Below, piece by piece: positions 10,828 through 20,349 of a stretch of DNA of 64,000 bases (within the stretch, counting starts at the first letter, position 1; the number at the start of each line of letters is the position of its first letter). The DNA lies in contig JAVHLR010000001.1 of assembly GCA_031082005.1 (NCBI GenBank), positions 127,251 to 191,250 of the forward strand, read 5' to 3'. Origin of the DNA: Patescibacteria group bacterium (GTDB lineage: Bacteria; Patescibacteriota; Patescibacteriia; 2-12-FULL-60-25). The notes beneath the pieces are model-generated. The model saw nothing but the letters and a program-made list of their open reading frames with translations. It ran no database searches and was not told where the DNA came from. Both the position numbers and the translations under genes were made by a program.

Positions 10828-10845
10828 TAAATTCAAATAAAAGAT

Positions 10846-10874
10846 AACGCTCCGGCCAGATTGGTCGGAGCGTT
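10846..10874 (-). terminator. Intrinsic terminator
   Basis: aacgctccggcca-gat-tggtcggagcgtt stem downstream of 10895..12397. Confidence 0.6.
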
Positions 10875-10894
10875 TGTTAGGAGGGAGTGGGGAA

Positions 10895-12397
10895 TTAGCG
10901 GTTTTTATCCGCTTCTTCCTTGAGACGTTGGATCTCTCCCACGTCCCAGACGCTTGTGGTTATGCCCGCCTGGATCATGTCGGTTCCAGATGGGGGAGGG
11001 CAATCGACCGGCGGTTGGCCGGACGATGTCGGTCGTTCGCTCTCGCCGTCCCATGTGTCTAGTACTGCCGACCATCGATCGCCGCCTTCGTTCTGCGACG
11101 CGATCGGCATCACGATTGGGGGTGGCTGACGGGCATCGACAAGCTTCCTGTCCTCAACCGGCCTGACGCGCGGGAAGGCTGAAGGGACCTCGACTTGAGC
11201 GTGTGTCCCACCGATATCAGGAGGGATCTCGATGTCCCGCGTAGTCTCGAAGAGCGTCGCATCGTCCTCAAAGTTCCAGCCGGGGGTCGGCATGACGGCT
11301 CCGCGTTGGGAGGAAGCAGGTTCATCTGCCCAGGTGTCTTCCTTTGGCCCGTGAGCGACCCGCAGCTTCAACTCGCACGCTGTCGTGACTTGGACTGGCG
11401 CGTCTTGCGGGATTTCCGAGCCGATCATGCGGTACGAAGAAGTGTTGCCTGCACTCGGTGCAGTCGGAGGCTCGTCCTCGAAGCTCACCGTCTCCATCCG
11501 AGGCCGCGATGCGGCCGGCTGGCGCGTCAGCTCTGTCACAGGCGTGAGCTCGTCGTCCGTCAGCTCGATCGCATCATCCAGCACGGCTGTTGCCGGCGGC
11601 CTCGTCCGTGTCTTCATCCCGTGATCTTGCTCGGTCGTCAGGATGAACATCAGTTCTTCTGGCTCGATAGATTCCTGCCCTAAGAAGTTGAGCACGTCGT
11701 TGACGATGCGCAGTACCTGGGTGGACTCTTCGCGCTGACGCTGCTCTAGCTCTCTCAAGTACTCCGTGGCTTCTTGCGCCGGCTTGATGGCTGCCGCCTC
11801 ACGCTCGCGCGACTTCCGCAGGTCAACCTCCAGGCTGCTGATACGCGCCTTGAGCTTGCGGTTCGCCTCTTCGATCTGCCGCGCTTTGGCCAGATCTAGC
11901 TGTGCGGACATTTCGGCATCCGCCGCTTCGTCCTGCCTCGCCTGAAGACTCAGCATCTGGTCGGTGTAGGCGCGTCGCAACGTGAGGATGTGACGTGCTG
12001 CCATCTGTCCGTAGGCCCGAAGAAAATCACGGGTCTCGAACACATCGCCGAAACTCGCCAGTGGGACTTCCGCGATGATGACGTCCGTCTCCGCGACGAA
12101 TTCATATCCTTGGTCTTCAGTTACCGAGAAGAAGCGGTCGAGCCAGAGCGGTTCGCCTGGCTGGATGTAATCGACCGTAGCGCGCACCCGACCGCCCAGG
12201 CCGGACTGCATCTCTTTCACTACGGCAACCGTGCCGATGCGCACGTGGTAGGCCATATCCCGATCATCGCACGAAATGCGCTGACCTTTATGGAACGGCC
12301 TGTCGAAGCTGCTTGGTTTGTACTCGCCGCTTTTGGCGGCGCGGTGTTCGGTCAGGCTCGCGACCTGACCGCTGTCGTGCTTAGGTCTCTCGCTCAA
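10895..12397 (-). CDS. Hypothetical protein: cNMP-binding-like N-terminal domain, coiled coil, acidic disordered tail
   Basis: RPFHKGQRI...YHVRIGTVAVVK...PGEP...VAETDVIIAEVPLASF follows the CRP/cNMP beta-roll pattern. Confidence 0.6.
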   Translation of the reverse strand: MSERPKHDSGQVASLTEHRAAKSGEYKPSSFDRPFHKGQRISCDDRDMAYHVRIGTVAVVKEMQSGLGGRVRATVDYIQPGEPLWLDRFFSVTEDQGYEFVAETDVIIAEVPLASFGDVFETRDFLRAYGQMAARHILTLRRAYTDQMLSLQARQDEAADAEMSAQLDLAKARQIEEANRKLKARISSLEVDLRKSREREAAAIKPAQEATEYLRELEQRQREESTQVLRIVNDVLNFLGQESIEPEELMFILTTEQDHGMKTRTRPPATAVLDDAIELTDDELTPVTELTRQPAASRPRMETVSFEDEPPTAPSAGNTSSYRMIGSEIPQDAPVQVTTACELKLRVAHGPKEDTWADEPASSQRGAVMPTPGWNFEDDATLFETTRDIEIPPDIGGTHAQVEVPSAFPRVRPVEDRKLVDARQPPPIVMPIASQNEGGDRWSAVLDTWDGESERPTSSGQPPVDCPPPSGTDMIQAGITTSVWDVGEIQRLKEEADKNR

Positions 12398-12509
12398 TGG
12401 TGTGTCCTTGTTGAAGGTTCGAGGTTATTTTGTTGGCCTTGCCGCCAACTGTGTACCCTAAGCAAAAAAAGACCTTTTGTCAAGATTAAAGGAGTATTTG
12501 TGGCTTTAT

Positions 12510-13709
12510 TTAAACTTTATTCTCCAGAATGACCACGCGCCGTGAGACGTGTTGTCCGGGTCGTTGATAGACTAAGGCTTTGTGGGAGGTTTCTTGCCCC
12601 CCGCATCCGTCGAGCATGACATAACCCAGTCCAGAAAGTTCATGCGTCAGATCGACTCGCGCCCTTCCGTTTGAAGAAGAGAGTTGCGGCCAGACGCAGA
12701 CCAAGCGCGCGTGGGGTTTTAGGAGCGGTTTGAGTGATTTCAGGCTATCGATCCAAAGCTGTCTTATTTCATCTGCTCCATTTTCGAGGTCTGCCTGTCT
12801 TTCATGCCCCTTCAGCGGCTTACCCAGATAGCCTTCGGTGATTATGCAGTCTATTGATTTCGGTTTCAGGTGACTCGCAATGCGCCTCACGTCACTGGTG
12901 AAAAGTTTAAATCTTTCTTCGTCGTCCGGCCGTAGGATTTTTTCTTCGATCAGCCACTCTTGGTTCTGCAGAGTGTCGCCCATCATCGCATCCGAAATGT
13001 CGCTTCCAATGATAAGAGAAGCCTTCGTTGCTAAGGCAGTTTCCATCAAGATAGTCCCGCTACCGCAAAACGGATCCAGGATAGTGGCCCCATCCTCCAC
13101 TTGAGCCAGATTCACCATGATGCGCGCGAGCTTGGGCGGCAACATGCCGTTCACGTCATTGCGCGCCGGACGTCCGAAGTCGCGCAAGCTCCAGGCGTCC
13201 GGATCCTGCACATCAGTCGTGACGCCGACATGTACTTTCGTCCCCTCGACAAAAATGCAGATATCCATGCCATCAGACGTCAGTCCCATCTTGAAGATCG
13301 CGGCTGGAGAGATCTCGCCATTATCCTTACCCGTCACCCAGCGCGTCTTTAGCCCTTCGGCTCGAGCGATTTTTTTGAAGACCAGGGCTTGATTCGTCAG
13401 CCGTCGCTTCAGGTTCGGATTTCCGCCATATACGGTCCAACCGAAATTCAACTCCCGGTCATGCAGTCGCGACTTGAGCTTTTTGAACAGCTCGCCGGCG
13501 TCAAGCCTGTCCAGCGTAGTTTCTTCCACGATATCGCCGAGTTTCGTCACGCCTCCAAGCTTGTTCATCATGACATCGCCCTCCCAATTTTTGGTTTCAG
13601 CAACGGCGGCACGATCCAATCGGATGATGTCGGTATTTTCCGGCAACACACAGGAAATTTCGGCTAGGCTTAGCTCTGGATGCGTTCCGAGTACGAGAAA
13701 ATGTTTCAT
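12510..13709 (-). CDS. Trm11/THUMP-type SAM-dependent RNA methyltransferase
   Basis: GMLPPKLARIMVNL, ILDPFCGSGT, GSDIS motifs. Confidence 0.85.
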   Translation of the reverse strand: MKHFLVLGTHPELSLAEISCVLPENTDIIRLDRAAVAETKNWEGDVMMNKLGGVTKLGDIVEETTLDRLDAGELFKKLKSRLHDRELNFGWTVYGGNPNLKRRLTNQALVFKKIARAEGLKTRWVTGKDNGEISPAAIFKMGLTSDGMDICIFVEGTKVHVGVTTDVQDPDAWSLRDFGRPARNDVNGMLPPKLARIMVNLAQVEDGATILDPFCGSGTILMETALATKASLIIGSDISDAMMGDTLQNQEWLIEEKILRPDDEERFKLFTSDVRRIASHLKPKSIDCIITEGYLGKPLKGHERQADLENGADEIRQLWIDSLKSLKPLLKPHARLVCVWPQLSSSNGRARVDLTHELSGLGYVMLDGCGGQETSHKALVYQRPGQHVSRRVVILENKV

Positions 13710-13913
13710 GGACATATCCTACAACTATTGACGACCTTCGTCACTTGACCTGCACCTCATTGTATGATTATCTATGACATCCGCCTTTTTGCTTGATTGA
13801 CTTGCTTTTGTCCGAAATGGACGCGGAGGGCGGAGCCGCGTTCTTTGACAAGTGGAAAAAGAAACCGAACAACAGGGTGCTGCGACGCGCCTTAAGTCTT
13901 GGGAGAAAACGCC

Positions 13914-16607
13914 ATGCTGAAACGATTTTTGCAGGTTCTGGCACCGTTGATCGTTTTGCTCTGCGTGGCCTTCCCGGCCTACGCACAGTCAGCGATCGAA
14001 GGGCAGGACTGGTGGCGCGTGAAGCCACCGTCCGGCAAAGATGAAAGCGATGCGGTCTATGTTAAGATCGCACCTGACATCAACCTCCAGACGCCTGCCT
14101 TCATCAAGGCGGTGAATGAGAGGTTCCGATTCAACCCGCCGCTCGACATGCTGGCGCTGCGCGAAGAGAATCGCGACATCACCATCGCGCTCTGCCACAA
14201 GCTGGGCGACGGTTACCACATGGGCGTCATCCGCTCGATGGAAGAGCGCCGCGCTGATCGCGCTTGGCTCAACTGTCGTCCGGAAGACGGCAAAGAGCGC
14301 TACGTGTATGTGCTGCCGGGGCAGGTCATTCGCCTGCGCGGCCAGCACATCATCGCGCCAGACAAGAAGCTTGCTTTGGCCGACCAAATAGCTGCCTGCA
14401 AAGACCTCGATTGCCTGGTCCGCGTCTCGCGCGAACTCGGCAGCGCGGTCACTGACGCAGGGCACGGAACGCCAGTCGGATCCTCTGTGGATCCCTTCAT
14501 CGCCGAACTCACTGCCTGCAACGGCGGCCTCGACTGCGTCATCGCAGCTGCACGGAACCGTGGCATCAAGGTAGATGAACCGGTGAAGGACAAGCCGAGC
14601 ACGGCAACCACGCTCGCGCCTGCGCCTCATGACGACACAGGACTCATCATCGCGCTCATCATCTTCATCGCGCTGACCATCGGGCTCTCCATTGCATTGA
14701 TCATCTCCAGCTCGATTTCCTCGGCGCGCGCCAAGCTGAACGAGCAGTACTCCGAAGATATCGAGAAGCTGCAGGCCACGTTGGCCGGCAACGAAGAAGC
14801 GCTTCAGGAGGCGCAGAAGAAGTCCGCGGCAGCGCAAGGTGAGGTCGTCTCTGCCAAGAAGGTGCAGAGCGAAGTGAGCACGAGTCTGAAGGGTCTGACC
14901 CAGGTCATGCAGGCAGTTACGCAAGCCATGGTGGACTGCGCCAAGCGCTGGAACCTCACCGTCCCGGCTTCCTACAAGCAGATCGAGCTTTTCGGTCTGA
15001 TCGCCGACCACGTGGACGAGGTCTATGCTCAAATCGCACTGGCTAATCGTTCCAAGCTCGAAGTAGAGAGGAGAGTCCAGGGTCTGCTGACCGAGGTCGA
15101 TCAGAAGGCGGCCGAGGTCGGAGTTCTCGAACAGGCATTGCGCGACATGGCTGCGGTGACCGAAGCGGATCGTCTTCACTGCGCCGAACTGTATGCCCTG
15201 ATCAACCAGAGCAACGCCGACCTCATCCTGATCGACAATGAGGCGACTGATCTGCGCGGGCCATTCGGGGAGTTGACTACCCGCCATGTCGAAGCACTGA
15301 AGACTAACCCGGATCTCGCGCCGGATCTGCAGCTCCAAATCGACATGTGCGAGGCCAGGTTTGGGGAGCTGTCGCAGGCACGCGCAAAGGTCATCGACCG
15401 GAAAGCCGCGGCACAGACCGAATTCGACGCCCTCTTCGAGAAGCTCGCCGGATTCAAGTTCACCGAAGCGACCCTCTACGAAGAGGCGCAACGCGATCGG
15501 AACGATGCGGCAAGCGAACTCGGCAAGGCCAAACTCCTGCAATACTACGCCCAGGCTCGGCAGGACAGGCTCTCTGTCATCGAAGCCGATATGGGCGAGC
15601 GCGAAACCGCAATCGAGGCACGCGAAGCCGCAGTGGCGCTCCGTGAGTCGGAACAAGCGCGACGCCAGCTGGAGTTGGACGAACTGTCAGCCGACACGTT
15701 CGAACTGAACCTCAAGTGGCGTGGCCTGATGGAGGGCTTGCTCTCCCTGCTGGGCTACGACGCCAATAAGATGAAGCTCGAAGACATCCGAGCTATCGAT
15801 GGCTCGGTCGGAGCTGTCGAAGAAGCGCGTCGTCTGCTCGAAGCAGCGAACGGCCGCCTCATCATCGCCGATGGGCAAGTCGCGGCCTTGAACTCCGAAT
15901 TGGCCAAGCAGCGCGAAGCTTCGCGTCTCATGATCGCGGAGAATGTAGCGTTGCTGGCCGGCCCGCAGAGCGCAGCTGACCAGCTCGCCCGCTACGCGGT
16001 CGCGTTGGAGGATGAGATGCGACAGCGCAAGGTTCTCCGACGCAAGCTCGGCAAGGCCGTGCAGCTGCAGAAGCGCCTCGAGCGCCAGCTCGCCGCCGTG
16101 TCGGCTGAACGCCAGGTACAGGCCGAGACGATAGCTCGCCTCGAGCGTGAGCTTGCGGAGCCGCCGGTGCCTGAATTTCCCAAACCGACGCCGGTGCCCA
16201 AGTTCCCCGAGCCGCTCGAGAGCACGAGCGGCGTAAGGCGGACCGACACGATGCCATACACCGCGGCCTTTGATGGTCGGGCGGCACAGGAAGCCTTCTT
16301 CAACGCCGCCGAGATGATTCTGAAGGAAGGCGGGGGACTGTTCCTCAACACCGCCCGCAGGGTCTGGATTCTGTTCCAGCTTACGCAACAAAGGGTGCGG
16401 TTCGACTTTGCCGGAATCTTCCCGGCGAGCGACCCAGGTCCCACCAATCGCGCAGCTCTGGACCTGTCCAGGACCAGGGAGAAAATGAACCGAGCGATCT
16501 TCTGCCAGGAAGACCTCCGGTGGTTCATCGACTTGTTCGAACCGCCGGTGCCGGATACGTACCGCTCTACCCCCAAGGAGGCCTGCGCCTCCGACATTCC
16601 ACGGTGA
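13914..16607 (+). CDS. Large single-pass membrane protein with long cytoplasmic coiled coil (orphan)
   Basis: GGAG SD, signal peptide (AYA-Q), TM GLIIALIIFIALTIGLSIALII, about 500 aa of heptad-rich sequence. Confidence 0.75.
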   Translation: MLKRFLQVLAPLIVLLCVAFPAYAQSAIEGQDWWRVKPPSGKDESDAVYVKIAPDINLQTPAFIKAVNERFRFNPPLDMLALREENRDITIALCHKLGDGYHMGVIRSMEERRADRAWLNCRPEDGKERYVYVLPGQVIRLRGQHIIAPDKKLALADQIAACKDLDCLVRVSRELGSAVTDAGHGTPVGSSVDPFIAELTACNGGLDCVIAAARNRGIKVDEPVKDKPSTATTLAPAPHDDTGLIIALIIFIALTIGLSIALIISSSISSARAKLNEQYSEDIEKLQATLAGNEEALQEAQKKSAAAQGEVVSAKKVQSEVSTSLKGLTQVMQAVTQAMVDCAKRWNLTVPASYKQIELFGLIADHVDEVYAQIALANRSKLEVERRVQGLLTEVDQKAAEVGVLEQALRDMAAVTEADRLHCAELYALINQSNADLILIDNEATDLRGPFGELTTRHVEALKTNPDLAPDLQLQIDMCEARFGELSQARAKVIDRKAAAQTEFDALFEKLAGFKFTEATLYEEAQRDRNDAASELGKAKLLQYYAQARQDRLSVIEADMGERETAIEAREAAVALRESEQARRQLELDELSADTFELNLKWRGLMEGLLSLLGYDANKMKLEDIRAIDGSVGAVEEARRLLEAANGRLIIADGQVAALNSELAKQREASRLMIAENVALLAGPQSAADQLARYAVALEDEMRQRKVLRRKLGKAVQLQKRLERQLAAVSAERQVQAETIARLERELAEPPVPEFPKPTPVPKFPEPLESTSGVRRTDTMPYTAAFDGRAAQEAFFNAAEMILKEGGGLFLNTARRVWILFQLTQQRVRFDFAGIFPASDPGPTNRAALDLSRTREKMNRAIFCQEDLRWFIDLFEPPVPDTYRSTPKEACASDIPR

Positions 16608-16776
16608 CACAACCAAGGCTCTAAAAGCCTCTTTTTCCACGGTGACAACTCATCCCGCCTCGTGCGGGACACTCCAATCTGAAAAACGCCTCCGGCAACC
16701 AGCTGCAGGCGTTTTCAAATACTCATCTTCTTGAGCCAAAAATACTAGCTACCGCCACCTTACTCACCCCCGAGTA

Positions 16777-16805
16777 TTGACTAAAAAGGGGTTTTAGCTT
16801 AATCT
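16777..16805 (+). promoter_or_regulatory. Sigma70-type promoter of rpsF-ssb-rpsR
   Basis: TTGACT-17-TAATCT. Confidence 0.65.
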
Positions 16806-16908
16806 CAACCCACTAATTATTAAGCATGGGTGGCCATGTTCCGTCCCGTTTTCTCAAGGAAACGGTCAGCGGAGCGCTCCGGAAAGACCGGGGACATCCT
16901 ATGTACAT

Positions 16909-17472
16909 ATGGACGAAAGAATTCGCGAATACGAACTTCTTTACATCATCTCCGCGACCTTCACGGACGAAGAGATGGGTAGCGTCGAAGGACGCGTCAA
17001 GGAGCTGCTCGAAAAGAGCGGCGCCGCGATAGCCTCCACCGACAGGTTGGGCAAATTCCGTTTTGCCTATCCGATCCAGCACCAGCGTTACGGACACTAC
17101 GTCATGGTGCGCTTTAATTCAGACACTCAAGCCATGGCTCGCATCAACGATGCGCTGCGCCTCTCATCCGATGTCTTGCGCCACATCATCATCCGCGCCG
17201 AAGAGGTCGGTAGCGGCAAGTTCGACCTCGTACAGTTCGCCGAGGTGAACGTGGATGCTAAGCTCGATGCGCGCGAAGAGCGCCAGCGTCGCGGCCGTGA
17301 GGATTCAGGCGACAAGACCAAGACGGCAGCCGACATCAAATCAGGCGTCGCCGCCCTGGAATCCGGCAAGGAAGAGGAAGTGAAGGAAGCCGCGGAAGGC
17401 GCCGAAACCGAAGGGTTGAGCGCAGAGGAGCTGGAGAAGAAGATTAACACAGCCCTGAAGGACGAAGTATAA
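16909..17472 (+). CDS. rpsF: 30S ribosomal protein bS6 with long acidic C-terminal extension
   Basis: REYELLYII, LGKFRFAYPI, GHYV, VLRHIII; synteny with ssb and rpsR. Confidence 0.93.
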   Translation: MDERIREYELLYIISATFTDEEMGSVEGRVKELLEKSGAAIASTDRLGKFRFAYPIQHQRYGHYVMVRFNSDTQAMARINDALRLSSDVLRHIIIRAEEVGSGKFDLVQFAEVNVDAKLDAREERQRRGREDSGDKTKTAADIKSGVAALESGKEEEVKEAAEGAETEGLSAEELEKKINTALKDEV

Positions 17473-17487
17473 TAACAATCAAAAGGT

Positions 17488-17913
17488 ATGAATCTTAACC
17501 GCGCCACTATCATCGGTAACCTGACGCGAGATCCTGAATCCCGCGTCACGAACACGGGCCAGAACGTGTGCAACTTCAGTGTCGCCACGTCGTCCCAATG
17601 GACGGATGCCCAGGGACAACGCCAGGAGCGCAGTGAATTCCATCCCATCGTCGCTTGGGGCAAGCTGGCTGACATCTGTAGCCAGTACTTGGCCAAGGGC
17701 CGCAAGGTCTACGTCGAAGGACGTCTCCAGACCCGCGAGTGGGAAGCGCAGGACGGCAGCAAGCGCCAGCGCACCGAGATAGTCGCCGAGAACGTCATCC
17801 TGCTCGATCGTCCGCCGCAGGGCGGAGCGCCACGTGACGCAGCTGCGCCGTCGGGCACGGTCGATCAGGGCATCGGCGATCAGGAAATCAAGGTTGAGGA
17901 CATACCGTTTTAA
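17488..17913 (+). CDS. ssb: Single-stranded DNA-binding protein
   Basis: NRATIIGNLTRDPE, KGRKVYVEGRLQTR, C-terminal DIPF. Confidence 0.97.
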   Translation: MNLNRATIIGNLTRDPESRVTNTGQNVCNFSVATSSQWTDAQGQRQERSEFHPIVAWGKLADICSQYLAKGRKVYVEGRLQTREWEAQDGSKRQRTEIVAENVILLDRPPQGGAPRDAAAPSGTVDQGIGDQEIKVEDIPF

Positions 17914-17921
17914 ACCGACAT

Positions 17922-18146
17922 ATGCCGACCAACACAAAGACCAAGAAGAGACAGTGTGCCTTCTGTCAGTCAGGCGCCAAAGAGATCAACTACAAAGATA
18001 CCAACATGCTGCGCCGCTATCTGTCGTCATTCGGCAAGATAGTCCCGCGCAAACGCTCCGGCGTCTGCATGTGGCACCAGCGCAAGCTCTCGACAGCCAT
18101 CAAGCGCGCCAGGTTCATGGCCCTCCTGCCATACCTCGTGCAATAG
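17922..18146 (+). CDS. rpsR: 30S ribosomal protein bS18 (Zn-binding form)
   Basis: CAFC, INYKD, GKIVPRKRSGVCMWHQR, AIKRARFMALLPY. Confidence 0.97.
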   Translation: MPTNTKTKKRQCAFCQSGAKEINYKDTNMLRRYLSSFGKIVPRKRSGVCMWHQRKLSTAIKRARFMALLPYLVQ

Positions 18147-18222
18147 ATTCAGAAGAACACGAAATCGTCCGCTCCGGCGGGCGATTTTGTATATTCCCGG
18201 CAGATGTGTAGAATGGAGCGAT

Positions 18223-18726
18223 ATGGACATGGAACAGAATATTCTGCGCGTACGTCCTTCTTGGGACGAGTATTTCCTCAACATCTGTGGCGTAGTGGCG
18301 ACACGTTCGCACGACCACGATACGCAAGTCGGCTGCTGCATCGTCAATCCCAAGCGACGCATCGTATCGACCGGCTATAACGGACTGCCGGCCGGAGTCG
18401 ATGATGCTTTTTGGGCGACGCGGCGCGAGCAGACCGTCAGGATCCCGGGTGTATTTTCCGACGAACTTTTTTACGATGTCGACAAATACGAGACCGTAAC
18501 TCACGCCGAAGCTAACGCCATCGTCTCCGCTTCGGAGGGTTTGCACGGTTGTCACCTATATAGCACGCTTTTTCCGTGCAACGAATGCGCAAAGCTCATA
18601 ATCACGGCAGGCATCCGCCGCGTCATCTACCGCGACATGCGCGAATGGAAAGGCCACGCCATCGCCAAGAAACTTTTTGAGCAAGCAGGTATCGAGATCG
18701 TATCGATCGGAAATCAGACGGTTTGA
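18223..18726 (+). CDS. dCMP deaminase family protein
   Basis: RPSWDEYF, STGYNG, HAEANAI, PCNEC. Confidence 0.92.
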   Translation: MDMEQNILRVRPSWDEYFLNICGVVATRSHDHDTQVGCCIVNPKRRIVSTGYNGLPAGVDDAFWATRREQTVRIPGVFSDELFYDVDKYETVTHAEANAIVSASEGLHGCHLYSTLFPCNECAKLIITAGIRRVIYRDMREWKGHAIAKKLFEQAGIEIVSIGNQTV

Positions 18727-18742
18727 TTTCCGTTGGCTTTGT

Positions 18743-19777
18743 ATGGACGTCGAAAAAATCAAACTCCGTTCAAGCGTAATCAAGTGCGTTCGTCAGTGGT
18801 TCGACGAGCGTGGTTTTTTGGAGATGCATACACCGCGGCTCGTCGGCTTGCCCGGCCAGGAACCGTATCTCGAGCCCTTCTGGACTCGGGTTGATTGCCC
18901 AAATACCAGCTACCAAATACCAGCTACTAGCTACCCCGCCGCCCTCATCACCTCGCCCGAATATATGATGAAGCGGCTTTTGGCCGAAGGTTTGGACAGG
19001 ATTTACGATCTCGGACCATGTTTCCGCAATGATGAACCCTGGGACGGAACGCATGATCCTGAATTTTTATTACTCGAATGGTATCGCCGCGATTCTGGCC
19101 TCGAGGATCTCATGCGCGACACAGAGGAGATGATTCGTTTCGTCGCGTCAAACATACAAGCTACCAGCTACAAGCTACCAGCTACTCCATTCCGTCGCCT
19201 CACCGTCGAAGAAGCTTGGCGCCGATATGCCGGCATCGAACTCGCACCGCTGCTCGATGATCGCGAAGCCATGGCACACGTCTGTCGCGAACACGATCAA
19301 ACCGTTTCAGAAAGCGATACGTGGGATGATCTCTACTTCAAGATATTCCTTTCCGAAATTGAACCCCGCCTTGGCTGGTCAGACAGTACGAGGCACGAGG
19401 TACGTGGTACGCCCATCCCCACCTTCCTTTATCGCTACCCCGCCTCCATGGCCGCGCTCGCCCGTCGTTCAGCCGACGATCCACGTTGGGCCGATCGAGT
19501 CGAGCTGTATATCGGCGATCTGGAACTCGCCAACGGTTTCGCGGAGTTGTCTGATCCGATCGAGCAACGTAAACGTTTCGAGGAAGAGCAGGAGCTGCGT
19601 CGCGCACAGGGCAAAAAAGTCTGGCCCATCGACGAAAAATTCATCGCCGCCCTACCCAAGATGGGTAACGCCGCCGGCATCGCCTTTGGTATCGACCGTC
19701 TGGTGATGCTACTGACGGGTTCGGAGTCCATCAACGACATACTCCCAGCCTCTGCACGCGAGCGCTTTTCGGAGTAG
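18743..19777 (+). CDS. epmA: EF-P lysine ligase EpmA (GenX/PoxA)
   Basis: TSPEY.MKRLL, FRNDE, HDPEF.LLEWYR, ELANGFAEL, GIAFGIDRL; no anticodon-binding domain; efp nearby. Confidence 0.93.
   Translation: MDVEKIKLRSSVIKCVRQWFDERGFLEMHTPRLVGLPGQEPYLEPFWTRVDCPNTSYQIPATSYPAALITSPEYMMKRLLAEGLDRIYDLGPCFRNDEPWDGTHDPEFLLLEWYRRDSGLEDLMRDTEEMIRFVASNIQATSYKLPATPFRRLTVEEAWRRYAGIELAPLLDDREAMAHVCREHDQTVSESDTWDDLYFKIFLSEIEPRLGWSDSTRHEVRGTPIPTFLYRYPASMAALARRSADDPRWADRVELYIGDLELANGFAELSDPIEQRKRFEEEQELRRAQGKKVWPIDEKFIAALPKMGNAAGIAFGIDRLVMLLTGSESINDILPASARERFSE
18899..18933 (+). repeat. Heptamer tandem repeat inside epmA (5 units)
   Basis: ccaaata ccagcta ccaaata ccagcta ctagcta. Confidence 0.85.
19157..19184 (+). 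repeat. Heptamer tandem repeat inside epmA (4 units)
   Basis: caagcta ccagcta caagcta ccagcta. Confidence 0.85.
19384..19411 (+). repeat. Heptamer tandem repeat inside epmA (4 units, second family)
   Basis: cagtacg aggcacg aggtacg tggtacg. Confidence 0.75.
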
Positions 19778-19850
19778 GGACAAGTATTGTGAGTATGCTT
19801 GTGTCGCTCGTGGTTTTCGGGTAGGTTGGTCCTGTACATTTTTCCGGGAG

Positions 19851-20255
19851 GTGATTCTCATGCTGGACGAGAGAGAGCGTGCCGCATTATTGATGGAATT
19901 CTTCAACTGTCTGATTGACGCAGTGCCGCACGACAACATGCATATCCCTCACGAGCCGCTACTTCTGCCCTTCAACGGCAGCGAGTTCGCAGACGTTGTC
20001 AGGCGGCTTGCCGCGCAGCGGAACAAGGTCGCTATGCAGTTCATGACCCACCAAGGTCCTGAACGCGAGTACATCCAAGGTCTTCTTCATCTGCGGGACC
20101 TCGGTTACGTCAAAAGCAGACGTTTCGAGCCGTTCGAGCCGGAATACACCTGGCGCACGGCCAGTAACTACGAGAAGGATCCGCTTCTTCCCGAGATCCA
20201 GGCTTTGGCTGAAGCGTACCTCATGGCCATCCGCCCGCCACCCACCGCTGCATAA
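19851..20255 (+). CDS. Hypothetical protein (orphan between epmA and efp)
   Basis: 134 aa ORF with GGAGG SD (start may be ATG 19860); own terminator cgacgcgccc...gggtgcgtcg-tttt. Confidence 0.6.
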   Translation: MILMLDERERAALLMEFFNCLIDAVPHDNMHIPHEPLLLPFNGSEFADVVRRLAAQRNKVAMQFMTHQGPEREYIQGLLHLRDLGYVKSRRFEPFEPEYTWRTASNYEKDPLLPEIQALAEAYLMAIRPPPTAA

Positions 20256-20349
20256 GCCCTTTCATTCAAGCGACGCGCCCTCGATGGGGTGCGTCGTTTT
20301 CCATGTGGGTGTTGACTAAAAACCGTTTTTCGCGCAAACTCTGGCCACT

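Noticed and set aside
13989..16672. Long minus-strand ORFs (555, 317 and 226 aa)
   Set aside because: Antisense shadows of the GC3-rich 13914..16607 gene, which has the SD, signal peptide and terminator
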